DNA of 64,000 nt from Mizuhopecten yessoensis. Its lineage: Eukaryota. The stretch spans positions 170,810-234,809 of the forward strand of contig NW_018403776.1 in assembly GCF_002113885.1 (NCBI RefSeq). Reading direction: 5' to 3'. Within the stretch, counting starts at the first letter, position 1. Each line of letters begins with the position of its first letter. Positions 39,801 to 53,559 of the stretch are shown piece after piece. Position numbers and translations under genes: made by a program. The notes below the pieces were generated by a model. That model made no database searches, was not told where the DNA came from, and saw nothing but the letters and a program-made list of their open reading frames with translations.

Positions 39801-42146
39801 AACATATATAATCGAAAATCATAACTTTTTTTTGTTTTTCAAAAAGATGTGTCTGTGACTGTAAGCTTTGTAATCAAAATGGATGTATGTTGGATAATCT
39901 GATGATTTTTGTGTGGACTTTTTCAGAGGACAAGTTCACTGGTTCAGTATGTGAATATGAAATCGTCACCTTGTGTTAGGTGTATGGAAATGATTAGTGA
40001 CACTAGACTCTAGATAACTTTAAATGAATGAGTGAAACTGACAGTAGATATATGCATCTTAGGTAACAATTACAATGTAGGTCACTCTGACCTTCAGCAA
40101 GCTACCACAGTACATATTTCAGGTGTATTTTATGAAATCCAAGGCTCAAAACCCGAATTCTGCATAATGATTAGTAGAGTTAAACTAATAGTACATGTAT
40201 ATGCGCCAATGTTTTTAACAGGAAAGCATAGTCTCTTTTTCAATTTTTTGCTAACTTCACCTTAAAAATGAAAATAAAAAGGAGACTGAACTATAAACTG
40301 AACTGAGAAGAAAATTGAGCAAAAGTTAGGCCGGGTGACTTTCCCCAGTTTATGCACTAATTAAGTTATTAAGGCCTACCTATACTTATTTATTGGCCTA
40401 CTGGCTATATCACTATAAGTGAGGACCCTTGGTTTTATCCTGTCACCAATATTATTAAGTGACATAATCCGAGACTTGATATCCACAAATATATATCTTT
40501 TATGTAAGCAATGCAGCTGGTTGTCAATTTTTTTATGTGAATAGCACTAGCTTCATCGGTAATATCACCCAATTAGCTGCAGAACAGGTGCTGTGGTACA
40601 GCAGCTGTAGCAATGTACACATGTAGTTCCATAGCTTCGTGTGTGTGTGCCATCAGGGCCATATTCACCTGGCTGTAAGGTTAACATTCCTCATGCGCGA
40701 GGTATTTGTATTCCCACCCCTTCCTAGAGCTCGATATTGAGTGCTTAGTGTTCAATTAGATTGATTTCTATTATTATAATGAAGTGCCTGCTATTTAATA
40801 ATTTATCCGTTGTTATCCAGGAATATAGATATATATTTTATCAATTTACAGTAATTCAACAGTTGAATTATTTTTTTGTCAAATTTTGAATACTTTGTTC
40901 CTCCCAAATTATATATTTCTGATTGGTATTTTTTACATGAAATGTTGATTTGCTTGTAAAACAGAAAGAATTTTCGGGAGATAAGTTACTCATATGGCAA
41001 TTGTGTTGCAATGGTTTCCTGGCTTATTTCTACCCTACAAGATTTTAGACACCTTAAAATATTTCTTACTTTTTCCTGCCCTGTATTTAACTCTTGACCT
41101 TTATTAGACTGTCCAAAGTATTAGCAACAGTGATTAATCAAATGATCTACCTCTGAACTCTGGTTAAGATTGTCCAAAGCACTAGAAAATTATAATATCT
41201 CTAACCTGTTAAAGGTGGAAACTCAAATGGTAATATTTATCAAGATTTTTTAAGCAACATTTTCCTGAATGACCAGCCTATATGCTAAGGTATTTTTTCA
41301 TGGTATATGTTCTGATATATAGCTAGATGTGTGTTTCCTCTTTGATCTTGCCATATACAGTTATCTGCCAAACTGTGAACCCTGTATAATCTGGAAACCC
41401 TTGTAAACCAGACCTTCCACTACATCCAACTGTGAAGATTTCTTAACAAATATTCACAATATGAAAAACAGTGTTGTTAACTGGTAATTAAAAAGAAAAA
41501 TATATGATGATCGTTAATTAAGCTATGGTATAAAATACAACAGAAACGTTTTAATAATTTATAGCCAGGTGCAGTATTACCCACGTTTTTCTTACAGTAG
41601 TCTAACTCAGCAGTGATGATTTATAATATATGAGAGGGTTTGAACCACACACCCTACAGGTAGCTATGTTATGTCTTATACTTAATTAACTGGTCACATA
41701 TAGGACTTCATTGTCATCATCATAAGGGCCCAGTGGTCATAGAATCTATAAGATCCAGGTATTTCAGCATAATAAATGAAACCAGACCTAGCTTAAAGGC
41801 ATTCGAAGCAAAATCATATTAAAGATGTTTCATTCAAACCACCTGACTTGCATATTTATTGCAATATTTTATATATGTATATCATAAGGTATATATGCTG
41901 CTTTCACCTACCATTCTTGTTGTATATGGAAATGATGTTGAAATAATGTATTTGTAGATGGATTATATATGTATGATCAGATAAATTTTTGACAATGTTT
42001 CTGGTTTCTAGATAAGGTTGTGTACATGTTATGATACTGTACATTATAAACACATGGTCGATACTTTTGTAAACTTACTCCAAATATATTGACTTACAAT
42101 CTCAGCATGCCTTGTCCTTCTTTTGTGATTATGCTTTTGAAAGGGT

Positions 42147-43495
42147 TATACAGGAACCTTGATATTCTGGTCTCCAGTATACAGGAATCTTGATACTCAG
42201 GACTCCAGTATACAGGAACCTTGATACTCTGGTCTCCAGTATACAGGAATCTTGATACTCAGGTATCCAGTATACAGGAACCTTGATATTCTGGACTCTA
42301 GTATACAGGAACCTTGATACTCTGGACTCCAGTATACAGGAATCTTGATTTTCTGGATTCCAGTATACAGGAACCTTGATACTCTGGACTCCAGTATGCA
42401 GGAACCTTGCTACTCTGGACTCCAGTGTACAGGAACCTTGATACTCAGGACTCCAGTATACAGGAATCTTGATTTTCTGGACTCCAGTATACAGGAAACT
42501 TGATACACTAAACTCCAGTATACAGGAAACGTGATAATCAGGACTGTATACATAGCATACAGAAACCTTAATATTATGGACTCCAGTATGCAGGAACCTC
42601 ATTAATCAGGACTGTAGTATACAGAAACTCCCATACACTTGACTCCAGTATACAGGAAACTTGATAAACTGTACTCCAGGAAACAGAAACCTTGATACTC
42701 TGAACTCAAAGTGTACAGGAACCTTGATTTTCTGGACTCCAGTATACAAGAACCTTCATTCACTGGACTCCAGTATACAGGAATCTGATACTCGGGACTC
42801 CAGTATACCATATTACTCTGGACTACAGTTTATAGTAACCTTCATACGCTGGACTCCAGTATACAGGAACCTTGATACTTTGGACTCCAGTATACAAGAA
42901 CCTTCATTCACTGGACTCCAGTATACAGGAATCTGATACTCGGGACTCCAGTATACCATATTACTCTGGACTACAGTTTACAGTAACCTCCTTACACTGG
43001 ACTCCAGTATACAGGACCCTTGATACTCTGGACTCCAGTATACCATATTACTCTGGACTACAGTTTATAGTAACCTTCATATGCTGGACTCCATTATACA
43101 GTAACCTTGATACTCTGGACGCCAGTATACAAGAACTTTCATTCACTGGACTCCGGTATACAGGAATCTGATACTCGGGACTCCAGTATACAAGAATCTT
43201 GTTACTCTGGACTAGAGTTTACAGTACCCTCCTTTCACTGGACTCCAGTACACAGGAACTTTCATACACTGGACTCCAGTATACAGGTCCCTTGATACTC
43301 TGGACTCTAGTATACAGGACCCTTGATACTCTGGACTCCAGTATACCATATTACTCTGGACTACAGGTTACAGTAACCTCCTTACACTGGACTCCAGTAT
43401 ACAAAACCCATATTACTCTGGATTTCAGTACACAGGAACCTTCATACTCTGGACCTACAATGAACATATACAGAAACGGGAACTCTGGACTCTAG
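42147..43495. repeat. Minisatellite, 31-bp unit TATACAGGAACCTTGATACTCTGGACTCCAG, with higher-order structure in the right half
   Basis: Period 31 (42181, 42212). A composite block recurs at 42751, 42899 (148 bp) and 43134. Confidence 0.95.
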
Positions 43496-44434
43496 TTAAC
43501 ACTAACATTGGTACTGTTGACTCTTGATTATTTGATCTTGATTGACCTCTTTATTTAGCATGTGATGTCCATAACTAGACAATTACTGTTTCACTAGTCC
43601 AGGAATCCATGCATGATCCCTGATCCCATTTTACCAATAAGTGATAAGTACTAAGTGTGTTGGCTGCTTGGTGAAACAGGGATATTTATGTCTTAAGATA
43701 TATCGATAATCCCAAACCACACAGTTGTTTGAAAAACAGACAAAAAGAAGGATGAAAGCAGTAGTACATGTCTAAAGAAACTAAGGATGACTTCATCTTG
43801 GAGACAACAAAAAGAGTAATAGTTGTTTATACCAAATGACGACAGTATGTCCGTTATTCCCCAACATCCCTAGTGAGCCTTATTCCTTTGATATAACGGT
43901 AACATGATGATGACATACATCACAAGAACAGTATGTGATAATCGGGACAATTACGGGAACAGTGGGAGTCGGTAGGTTCGCACAACTACAGCCCGACCAG
44001 TTCACATACATAATGGGCACAATTATGTTCTAATCAGACCAATTAGATGAGATATACAGCTGTACTGTGTGACCCTCAGACCCTTGTCACACAGCCTCCT
44101 GGTAAACAACAAACATCCATATATAAATATATACGTATTTTTTTTCTTGCAAGAGTAAAACTTCAATTGATCTCCATCACTATATGAGAAGTTCATGTGT
44201 GGTTACACAAACCCTTATTTCAGCCAGTAGTTAAATTGCCAAAATAAACAACATGGGGCAAATGATGCACCAAATCGGAATAAATTTTCTTGACCTTGAC
44301 TCTGCAAACTTAAAAAATATGCAGTAAGTTTGGTTATATCATCTAATACACTGCTGATTTGAGGAGTAAACAACTGTAACAGGGGTGATAGTACATTCAA
44401 GTTCAAACCTTCTAAGTGGTCTTTAACCAGAAGC

Positions 44435-44621
44435 AGTTACAGAGTTTTTTGGGGGCTTCAGGACCACCAACCCCCCTACCCCCACCCCACCCTTTTTTTC
44501 TATAAAAATCATGTATTTTCATCATTTTCCTCAAAATTAATTCCCCACATGTTCCCCCCGCCCTCCTCCTGAAAAATTGGAAACACCCTAGATATTAGAT
44601 AAGTCTCTGGATCCACCATTG
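44435..44621. mobile_element. Degraded copy of the 21065-21228 MITE family
   Basis: Shares AGAGTTTTTTGG..GCTTCAGG, AAAAATCAT.TATTTTCA.CATTTTCCTCAA, TTGGAAAC and TCTCTGGATCC.CCA.TG with 21065-21228. The left TIR is eroded. Confidence 0.8.
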
Positions 44622-45794
44622 TTTAACCTAACACCCTCCACAGCCACCGATCTTATTACTGCTCTGATTATTTGTTTTGTTTTCTGTCATTTTTTCTCAT
44701 ACTTTGAGAGAAAGACTATTGAAAAAAAGAGAGAGATTAAGAGAAACTTAAAAAAAAAAGCATCTGCCGGACAGAAAATTTAAGTGGAAATTAAAAAGTC
44801 ATGATTTTTTAACAATATTGATAAGTTTTGGGAAGATTTCTAGTCTAACAGTAGCTCTATAGGAGAAACATAACATTTTCGTTTCAGCAAATTTAATTGC
44901 TTTGATAATCTTAAATGATTAGGTAGCATCGAGACGTATAATATATGGTCTCTGGATAGCAGGCATAGTCAATACTGGCTTACATTGATTCCTTTTATAT
45001 ATCATTTTAAAATTAACAAGAATTGTTGAATTATCACCTTAACTGTAATAGAATGGACGATTTAGTATTCAATTAGTGTTGTGTAGACCTTATATAAACT
45101 CACCGTTGACGACGTCATACCCTTAGTCTACGGCTACTATATTGTACACAATCTAGTCCTGCCTCAATGATGCCAAATTAAAACTCCCTGTCAAGCTATT
45201 GGTGAGTTGTTACCTTAAAAGACCTTTCGTCGCCGCATTAGGACTAATACAACTTGCAGTTATGACGGTGCATAAAATGCAACCGGCGCCAAACATGTGT
45301 CGGATTAGAGAGGTTTCATTGGAAAAAGGATTTGACACAAGTTTTAAAGTAGATTTAAAGTGTTGAAGTTGAAACTGATATACTTGCTTTGAAAACAAGA
45401 TATTAAAAAAAAAGGAAAAAGAAAAATAGAAACCATAGATTGTTCAACGTTATTTATCTAGCTGAACGTCGCTCGCTGAAAACTGTAATTACCTCCCTTA
45501 CGGGAGCTCTCTGAGGTGATATATGACATTTTGGCGGGAGATAGTGACGAATGTAAATAATGTAACTCTGGTAATTTGCTGCTATCATACGGAATTAATC
45601 AAAGAAATGTAATGTCCAGAGACTAAATGTTTATCAATGCACTCATCATGGCTATTTTTATGCACATGACATATCATCAATGGTGATGCATTGATATTTA
45701 CGTCGGTGTTAATGACTACTATTAGCCACTAACTAATACATGCAGTTAGAATAACATTGTATATCCGTGAAATCAGTCATTTTGGGAATCAGTC

Positions 45795-48700
45795 ATGGCA
45801 AGGGGGAAAAGAATTACAACTACAAAGAATGATGCTGACAAACAAGAATACTTGCCAAAAACAAAGCCAAAAGAAACGAAAACAAGGATTTTGAAGAAAA
45901 AAGCTGGCACACATTTAGAAAGTGAAACGCCCAGTAACACCAGAGGGAAGAGAAAGTCGGCAGCATGTGTTGTTGAAAATGAGAAGGAAACGAAGGAAGT
46001 CGGTGCAAAGAAAATCAAAGTCTCATCCGGAAGCAAAGCAAGTGTGGGTAACAAGGCTAAAGAAAGTATTATTGAAGTAAAAACGGAAGACAAGATCATG
46101 GTTAAAAAAGAACATACAAAAAAAGATGACAAGAAACCAGGTAGACAAAAGACGGGGAAGGGATTAAAGCAAGAGGTGAAATCAACTGTGAAGAGTAAAG
46201 GCCATTCTGAATTTAACCAGGCATCACACAATTGCGCAAAACGTGTAGGACCACATGTCTCTATTGCAGGTAAGTATAGCTAGGTAGCTCTTAGTTTTTT
46301 CTCTTTAAACCATATAGTGGCCTGCAAAATTACAAGTATGACTGTTTGGACCTCTCTTGATAACCCTTGTCTTAACATATACAGGGAAAATCCTGGTAGC
46401 TCAGAGGGCCATTTTCAGCAATTTTTAGTCAATATATCAGAAATAATATGGGCCATTTTATGTAAAAATTAAAAAAAGAAAACTAAAACTAAGAGAGTTC
46501 CAATATTTTTGTTTATTGCGGTATAAACGGTTAAAAAGGTTGGACCAGACTTGTTCTTTTATGAAAAAAGGTCGGACCCAGTAATCTGATGCTACTTTCA
46601 GGTGAGCCTTGACAAAGCCTAGAGCAAGGCCTGCAGAAACATTTGCAGGTCCACCAGGATTTGTACCCAAAAATGTTACATTTAAAAACGGACATACCAT
46701 TCGTTCTGCATAAACAAACAGGCCCCAGTATTCTGCACCCTTGTGTAGTTGTGTGGCACAGTGGAAAGTGCACTGGCATTTTATCAGGGTTTGATTCCCT
46801 GATTGGACATGAAATGGCCATGGTATGGTGTCCCCTGCCCGACCATGTAGGTTTTCTGTGGGTACTCAGGTTTCTGCAACTGTTTCTAATCTATCCGTGC
46901 CTACAGAAGTGATGAATATAAATAAGTTGATGGGATATGTTTCATATATGATAAATGAAAAAAAAATGTATCTGCCCATGGATGTTATTCAGTTAATATA
47001 GTGCGAAAGAAATTACAGCTAAGGTCATGATGTTTGCCTGGTATGTTATTATTGAAATGAACTCTTTCCTTGCTAAAAAAAATATTTAAAAAGTGGTAAA
47101 AATATTAACATTTCCTACACTTATACAGGTGGTTTGTACAAGGCTGTGGATACTGCTGTTTTCTATGGAGCAAAAGCTTTTGGGCTGTTTCTTAAATCGC
47201 AGCGACAGTGGAATGCCAAGCCATTGCTTGATAAAGATGCAGAGAAATTTAAAGATGCTTATCAGGTTAGCTGCTATAAAGTAAACTTAAAATTGTAAAA
47301 CCAATAGGCTGGAATTGCTAAGAGGTATATACATTGTATGCTGAAGTCTAAGTGGGGAAGGGGAGGTGACTTATTTTAATAATACTTTGGTGTGTTGATC
47401 AGGCTGCAGGATTCTCCCCAGGTGACATCCTCCCTCACGGCTCTTACCTGATGAACTGTGGTTCCTCTAACCCAGAGACCCTCCAGAAAAGTAGGGATAC
47501 ACTTGTTGATGAGCTTCAGAGATGTGAAAAGCTTGGACTGACGCTGTACAATTTCCACCCAGGTATGTATCTGTATGCTTCCTTCCATTGCTTTAATAAG
47601 GAGCAGCTGATCATGTTTTCAACTAATTACCTGTAATACTCTTACCATAATTAAGTATGTTTCAAGTTACTGCATAACTGCATAGAAATTTTATGTAAAT
47701 AGAGAGATTTAATACAGCAATAAGCAAAAAACTAGTTTAGCAAAAATAATTGTTTGAATACAGAAATAATTCAAAGACTTTTAATGTTCATTAAAATATT
47801 TGATTTCGCTAAACCAGGCGAGTAGCTTCAAATGGTGTAGATTATCTTGAGAGACATTTCTATGTACTTGGTACAGGGTCAAGCTGTGGCGACATTACCA
47901 CTGACAAATCACTGGCCCTGATTGCTGAGAGTATCAACATGGCTCACACTAAGACTAAATTTGTTATAACAGGTACGTATATTAAATGTATACTTACTCT
48001 TCACATTACGAATATTGTTTTTTCCACAATCCCATGCAAGTTTTTTTTCAATAATTCTCCTTTTTTGTTGGCTCATTAATTTTGTAAAGTAATCTGGTCT
48101 TACATATTGCTGAGGACATTAAATACTGTTTCCCTCAACTTGTAATCAGAGTGAACATATGGATGTATAGGTTAAATGTACGCCTATAAATGTCAGGTAA
48201 TTTAGGGAACTTAAGTGAAAACAAAAATTAAGCTGAAATCTTCACCATCAAAATCTTATTTCTTTTAAATTATATGTTATTGTATTCATGTACATTTAAT
48301 GATAGTGTAATGGCAAAAGGACTTAGAGTTCTTGAGAAGGAGTTGTTTTAAGGTTTTGAAACATGTTTCACATTTAGATATTCAAAGCTAAACTGTACTT
48401 GTATATACTATTTGATGTTATGGTGAATAAAGCTATACTTTAGACATGTCTACAATATATTAGATGAAATGCATGAGGCTATACTGTTCTGATAGGGAGA
48501 ATATGTTCCATTTCGTTTTCAGTAATAGAAAATATGAGTTGTCAAGGGAACACAGTTGGAGGAAAATTCCCGGAATTGAAAGCCATCATTGACAAGGTGA
48601 AGGACAAATCTAGGATCGGAGTGTGTCTGGACACATGTCATGCCTTTGCTGCAGGTATATGATCATTTAAAATGGAACAACATAGTATTGCATTTCAGTA

Positions 48701-49832
48701 TGCTGATGGGGATGCCATAATCACAGAAATTGAAAAGGGATAATTCTATCCTACAGGGAAAGCTTACATCATCAGACCTATTTTCAAAATCCCATTGCAG
48801 ATAATGACCAATCAAACTGCATGTCATTACACCACCAATGCGGGTCATTACATGTTAATGTCATTACATGTTAATATTCATAAAATAAAACACCATGTTT
48901 GTGAAGGAAATGTACTTTATTGATTCCTCTATTGTTGCCACTGGCTGTCATTTACACTGCAGTAGCAAACCTGGCCTCCTTTAACACATGGCAAGAAAGG
49001 TGACACGGTTGACATAAAAATGACACTTAAGTACAACATTTTATATATGTATCCTTCATGTCCTATAAATGAAGTACAGCTTAGGCCTCCAGACTTTACA
49101 TTGGTTATTAAAACCTCATTTACTTGTCTTTACAGGCCATGATCTATCGAGTCAGTCTGGGTTTGAAAAGATGATGGAAGAGTTTGAAACAGTTGTTGGT
49201 TTTCAATATCTGAAGGCTCTGCACCTTAATGACTCCAAAGGTATTTGGATTATGTGTTAGAAGTGTATGTTGCATTGAAAAAAGTGTTTTCAAGAAATAA
49301 ATAACCGATATGGTTGGAAATCAATCGTCAGAGCTAATATGATATAATATTTCATTAATAAAGTTACAAGGACTTCAAAATAAAAATCTGAAAAAACTGA
49401 CTATTGCTGATAGGACAAGTTAAGGTGTAGTAAAACATATAATCACAATCTATTCAATTACTGAAAAGGGGAGGAAAAGGTTGTTCCTGTATTGTTTTTG
49501 TTCTTTTGTGCATGTTAATCATTATCATTGCCACAAAAGGCAAATATTCCACTTGTTACATATTCTACCACCTACAGTTGGTATTATCAATGTAGTTCAT
49601 GTCTTAAGCTTGATGTTATACATTTCTATTAACAGGTGCTTTGGGATGTCACCTTGACCGACACGAGAACATTGGACGTGGTCACATAGGGATTGAAGGC
49701 TTTCGACGTGTCATGTGTGATCCAAGGTTCAACAATATGCCAATGATTCTGGAAACACCCCCAGGCTCCTCCGACGACATTTATACAAAGGAAATTAAAT
49801 TGTTACATTCCGTTTGTAAAACATCAAAGTGA
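45795..49832 (+). CDS. APN1: Endonuclease IV family AP endonuclease (Nfo/APN1), 433 aa, with ~150-aa Lys-rich N-terminal extension
   Basis: Exons 45795-46269, 47129-47265, 47403-47562, 47877-47972, 48523-48654, 49136-49240, 49636-49832 (1302 nt, GT-AG, in frame). Motifs [46 protein letters not shown] and ILETP supply all nine Nfo zinc ligands. Confidence 0.96.
46745..46945 (+). mobile_element. Degraded tRNA-derived SINE (V-type core) in APN1 intron 1
   Basis: TGGCACAGTGG (A box), GGTTTGATTCC (B box), GTAGGTTTTCTGTGGGTACTCAGGTTTC (V-like core). Confidence 0.6.
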
Positions 49833-50204
49833 GCATATCACTTCAAATCAACACGTTTTTGTAATACTTAAATGTGGAGCTGATGTCCATATCTTGCCTC
49901 AAAGTATTTTAAGTGTATTGTGACTTTGATCATGATGCTACAAGTTTTTTTCTGTTGCGTGTTTGAAGCCATTGGTGATTTTTTTTCCACATCAGGTTCA
50001 TCCAACAAAACAAAAAGATTTACTGGCCAATAATTATACCCTGTACAACAAAATTGGTGGGAAGGAGTTGTTATACTGAAATCAGGTATATATTTTCTCT
50101 ATCTATAGACACAACATTGTTCACACAACTGCTAGAGTACTGCACTGATTTGTATACTAAAGCACCTGGTATACATAACACTTACTTAAGGAGATGTGAA
50201 TTAA

Positions 50205-51072
50205 GAAAGCAACAATACATAGTTACTGGTCCTACAAGAGTTTGGGTGTAAGTAAGGATATATAGTTACTGGTCCTACAGGAGTTAAGGTGTAAGTAACA
50301 ATACATAGTTACTGGTCCTTCAGGAGTTTAAGTGTAAGTAAGGATTCATAGTTACTGGTCCTACAGGAGTTTCGGTGTAAGTAACAATACATAGTTACTG
50401 GTCCTATAGGAGTTTAGGTGTAAGTAAGGATACATAGTTACTGGTCCTATAGGAGTTTAGGTGTAAGTAAGGATACATAGTTACTGGTCCTACAGGAGTT
50501 TAGGTGTTAGTAAGGATATATAGTTACTGGTCCTATAGGATTTTAGGTGTAAGCAACAATACATAGTTACTGGTCCTACAGGGGTTTAAGTGTAGGTAAG
50601 GACACAAAGAGTTGCTGGTCCTATAGGAGTTTAGGTGTAAGCAACAATACACAGTTACTGGTCCTACAGGGGTTTAGGTGTAAGGAAGGATACATAGTTA
50701 CTGGTCTTACAGGGGTTTAGGTGTAAGTAAGGATATATAGTTAATGGTCCTACAGGGGTTGAAGTGTAGGTAAGGACACAAAGAGTCACTGGTCCTATAG
50801 GAGTTTAGGTGTAAGTAAGGATATATAGTTAATGGTCCTACAGGGGTTGAAGTGTAGGTAAGGACACAAAGAGTTACTGTTCCTATAGGAGTTTAGGTGT
50901 AAGTAAGGATATATAGTTACTGGTCCTACAGGGGTTGAAGTGTAGGTAAGGACACAAAGAGTTACTGGTCCTATAGGAGTTTAGGTGTAAGTAACAATAC
51001 ATAGTTACTGGTCCTACAGGAGTTTAGGTGTAAGTAACAATACATAGTTACTGGCCCTACAGGAGTTTTGGT
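50205..51072. repeat. Minisatellite, 43-bp unit ATAGTTACTGGTCCTACAGGAGTTTAGGTGTAAGTAAGGATAC, block 1 (~20 copies)
   Basis: Period 43 (51001, 51044), with 45-bp GACACAAAGA variants. Unrelated in sequence to the 43-mer at 11.5 kb. Confidence 0.96.
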
Positions 51073-52184
51073 CTAGAAACTCTGTCGTGCCATCTGGTGG
51101 CTTTTGAAATACATATTTGAGTGATTTAATTTATTTTACAGACAACATTTTTTGGTTGATTCATTCATTTTATTATTGGAAAGCATCACAAAAATTAAAA
51201 TTTATTTCAAATGCGAAAGACAGCTCTCTTTTTTTTCTCCGACAAAACTATCAATTGTCGGAATGCCCCAAAATATCCGTTGTGTCAAATCTCTTTCCTG
51301 ATGAATATAAATTAACTAGATATTTCAAAAATGTCTGAGCCAATATGAACAGATGAATTTATTCAGATTTTTTGCTGTTGTGTCCCCCTAACCCTTTTAT
51401 ATCATCAACATTTCTCAGAATATAGATGAGGGTAGCTCCTATATCGATATTTAGATACATACATGTACATATATCCAGTAGCCCTACTGAAGATAGGCCT
51501 AGGACTACTCTTAAAAATATGCTTTATCAGTTTATGACAGGGACCAATGTATCTAACTATCTATGATGTTAAATTCCCAATAGGCCTATATAGGCTTACA
51601 GTCGTTTCCATTTCATATGAAATTTATGAATTTGGTCACAATTTTTTTCATTTTAGCTCGCCTCCTTATGTCACAGATTAGCAAAAGCTACATGTTTTTT
51701 TCCTGACTTTTGAGGCTTTGCCTTTTTCATATTACATTTGCAGGCGAAGTGAATGTAAAACTCAGATGGATCCTATAATACGCGCATATATCCGCCCTAA
51801 AACCTATAACAATAATGCTAGTAACAAATCAATCTACAATTGCTATTCGGATTACCTTTAATTAGCAAAAAAAAATAACACAAAAATACATCCATTCCGG
51901 AAAAACAACCCGCCTCGGTTGACTAAGTTGTATTTCATTACAATCGCTTGTTACGTAACTTATGCTTATTAATGACATGTTAACCAAATTTACCGTGTAT
52001 GGAATTTGAACTTGAGAGCTTTTTCCCCCATCTTTATTATATTATATTTTTCCATTGAACCACACATCATTTAATCACTATTCCGGACTACAAAATAAAT
52101 AAATAAATACAAATATAATAGTATATTTGAATTTTTGATGTGCATGCAAACTGCTTATTTTCTTACATGGCAGCTACGTGCCTG

Positions 52185-52695
52185 CTGGTCCTACAGGAGT
52201 TTTGGTGGTCCTAGGAGCTTAGGTGTAGGTAAGGACACAGTTACTGGTCCTAGGAGTTAAGGTGTAGGTACGGACAGAGTTACTGGTCCTTAAGTAAGGA
52301 TATATAGTTACTGGTCCTACAGGAGTTAAGGCGTAAGTAAGGATATATAGTTACTGGTCCTACAGGAGTTAAGGTGTAAGTAAGGATACATAGTTACTGG
52401 TCCTACAGGTGTTAAGGTGTAAGTAAAAATACATAGTTACTGGTCCTACAGGTGTTTAGGTGTAAGTAACAATACATAGTTACTGGTCCTACAGGTGTTA
52501 AGGTGTAAGTAAAAATACATAGTTACTGGTCCTACAGGTGTTTAGGTGTAAGTAACAATACATAGTTACTGGTCCTACAGGAGTTTAGGTGTAAGTAACA
52601 ATACATAGTTACTGGTCCTACAGGAGTTTTGGTGGTCCGAGGAGCGTAGGTGTAGGTAAGGACAGAGTTACTGGTCCTAGGAGTTGTAGTGTAAA
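52185..52695. repeat. Same 43-bp minisatellite, block 2 (~12 copies)
   Basis: Same consensus as block 1, separated from it by ~1.1 kb of unrelated sequence. Confidence 0.95.
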
Positions 52696-53559
52696 TAATC
52701 ATGTATACATGTACATTAATTAACCGTACAGAAAGAAGTCTTCAGGAATGATTTATTATGTTCTGGGTGGATAAGTACAATCCTAGCAAACTGAATGCAA
52801 AAAAAATCAATTGAAATGTCTTCCAGAAGCCATTGATGTTACATGTTTATTTGAATACTGAATTTATTTCAGGGTTTCTCTGACAATAAAAAAATGGTTT
52901 GTGCTATAACATTCTCAAAATAAAGAATCACCAATGGACTGTGTAGCTTTTTTCTTGTTTTATTTCAATTCTTTTGAAAAGCAATAGCAACATACATACT
53001 ATATACACATAGTTCAATTTGAACAGTATATCTAATACCCAAGCATCAATGTCAATATCTGTGTTTTTATTATTCCATATATAACTCCCATATGCACTTC
53101 TTTCCAACAGGTCAGGTTATGAAACCTGTTAAATGCTTTTTAAAAATGATGATATGAACGTGATGATTATTGAAAGATAAAGTGTGTTTTGATAACTACT
53201 AGGGCAGGCTAAACTTCAAAAGGGAGATAAAATATGGAAATAAATTACAGGGCAGATATGCCTTCAAAAGTATTTTAAGACATTTACTTTCAGTCATTAT
53301 CACAGGTACCTGACTTCCATTGGCACATGACATTCTCAATGATATTTCTTGCATAAAAAAAAAATCAATATTAAGTGAAGATATCATTATTGTACAACAA
53401 TATATGCTAAGAAATACAGAAGAATGTCACTTGGATACTGGCACTATGAAATGTGTCGGAATCTTTTAAAGACAATATTTCCAGACTCCTGGCCAAATGC
53501 CGGTACAGTGAATAGACAGATAGCTGGTTGGTGATCCCAAGAGTTCAGTGTGAGGGATG

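Noticed and set aside
42129-43495. ORFs of 62-157 aa on both strands
   Set aside because: By-products of the 31-bp minisatellite; the unit is not a multiple of 3 and there is no splice or start context.
45773-46231. 152-aa hydrophobic minus-strand ORF
   Set aside because: Antisense shadow of the Lys-rich APN1 exon 1.
45795-49832. Bacterial contamination or recent horizontal transfer of nfo
   Set aside because: Six canonical spliceosomal introns, a host SINE in intron 1 and host-like composition.
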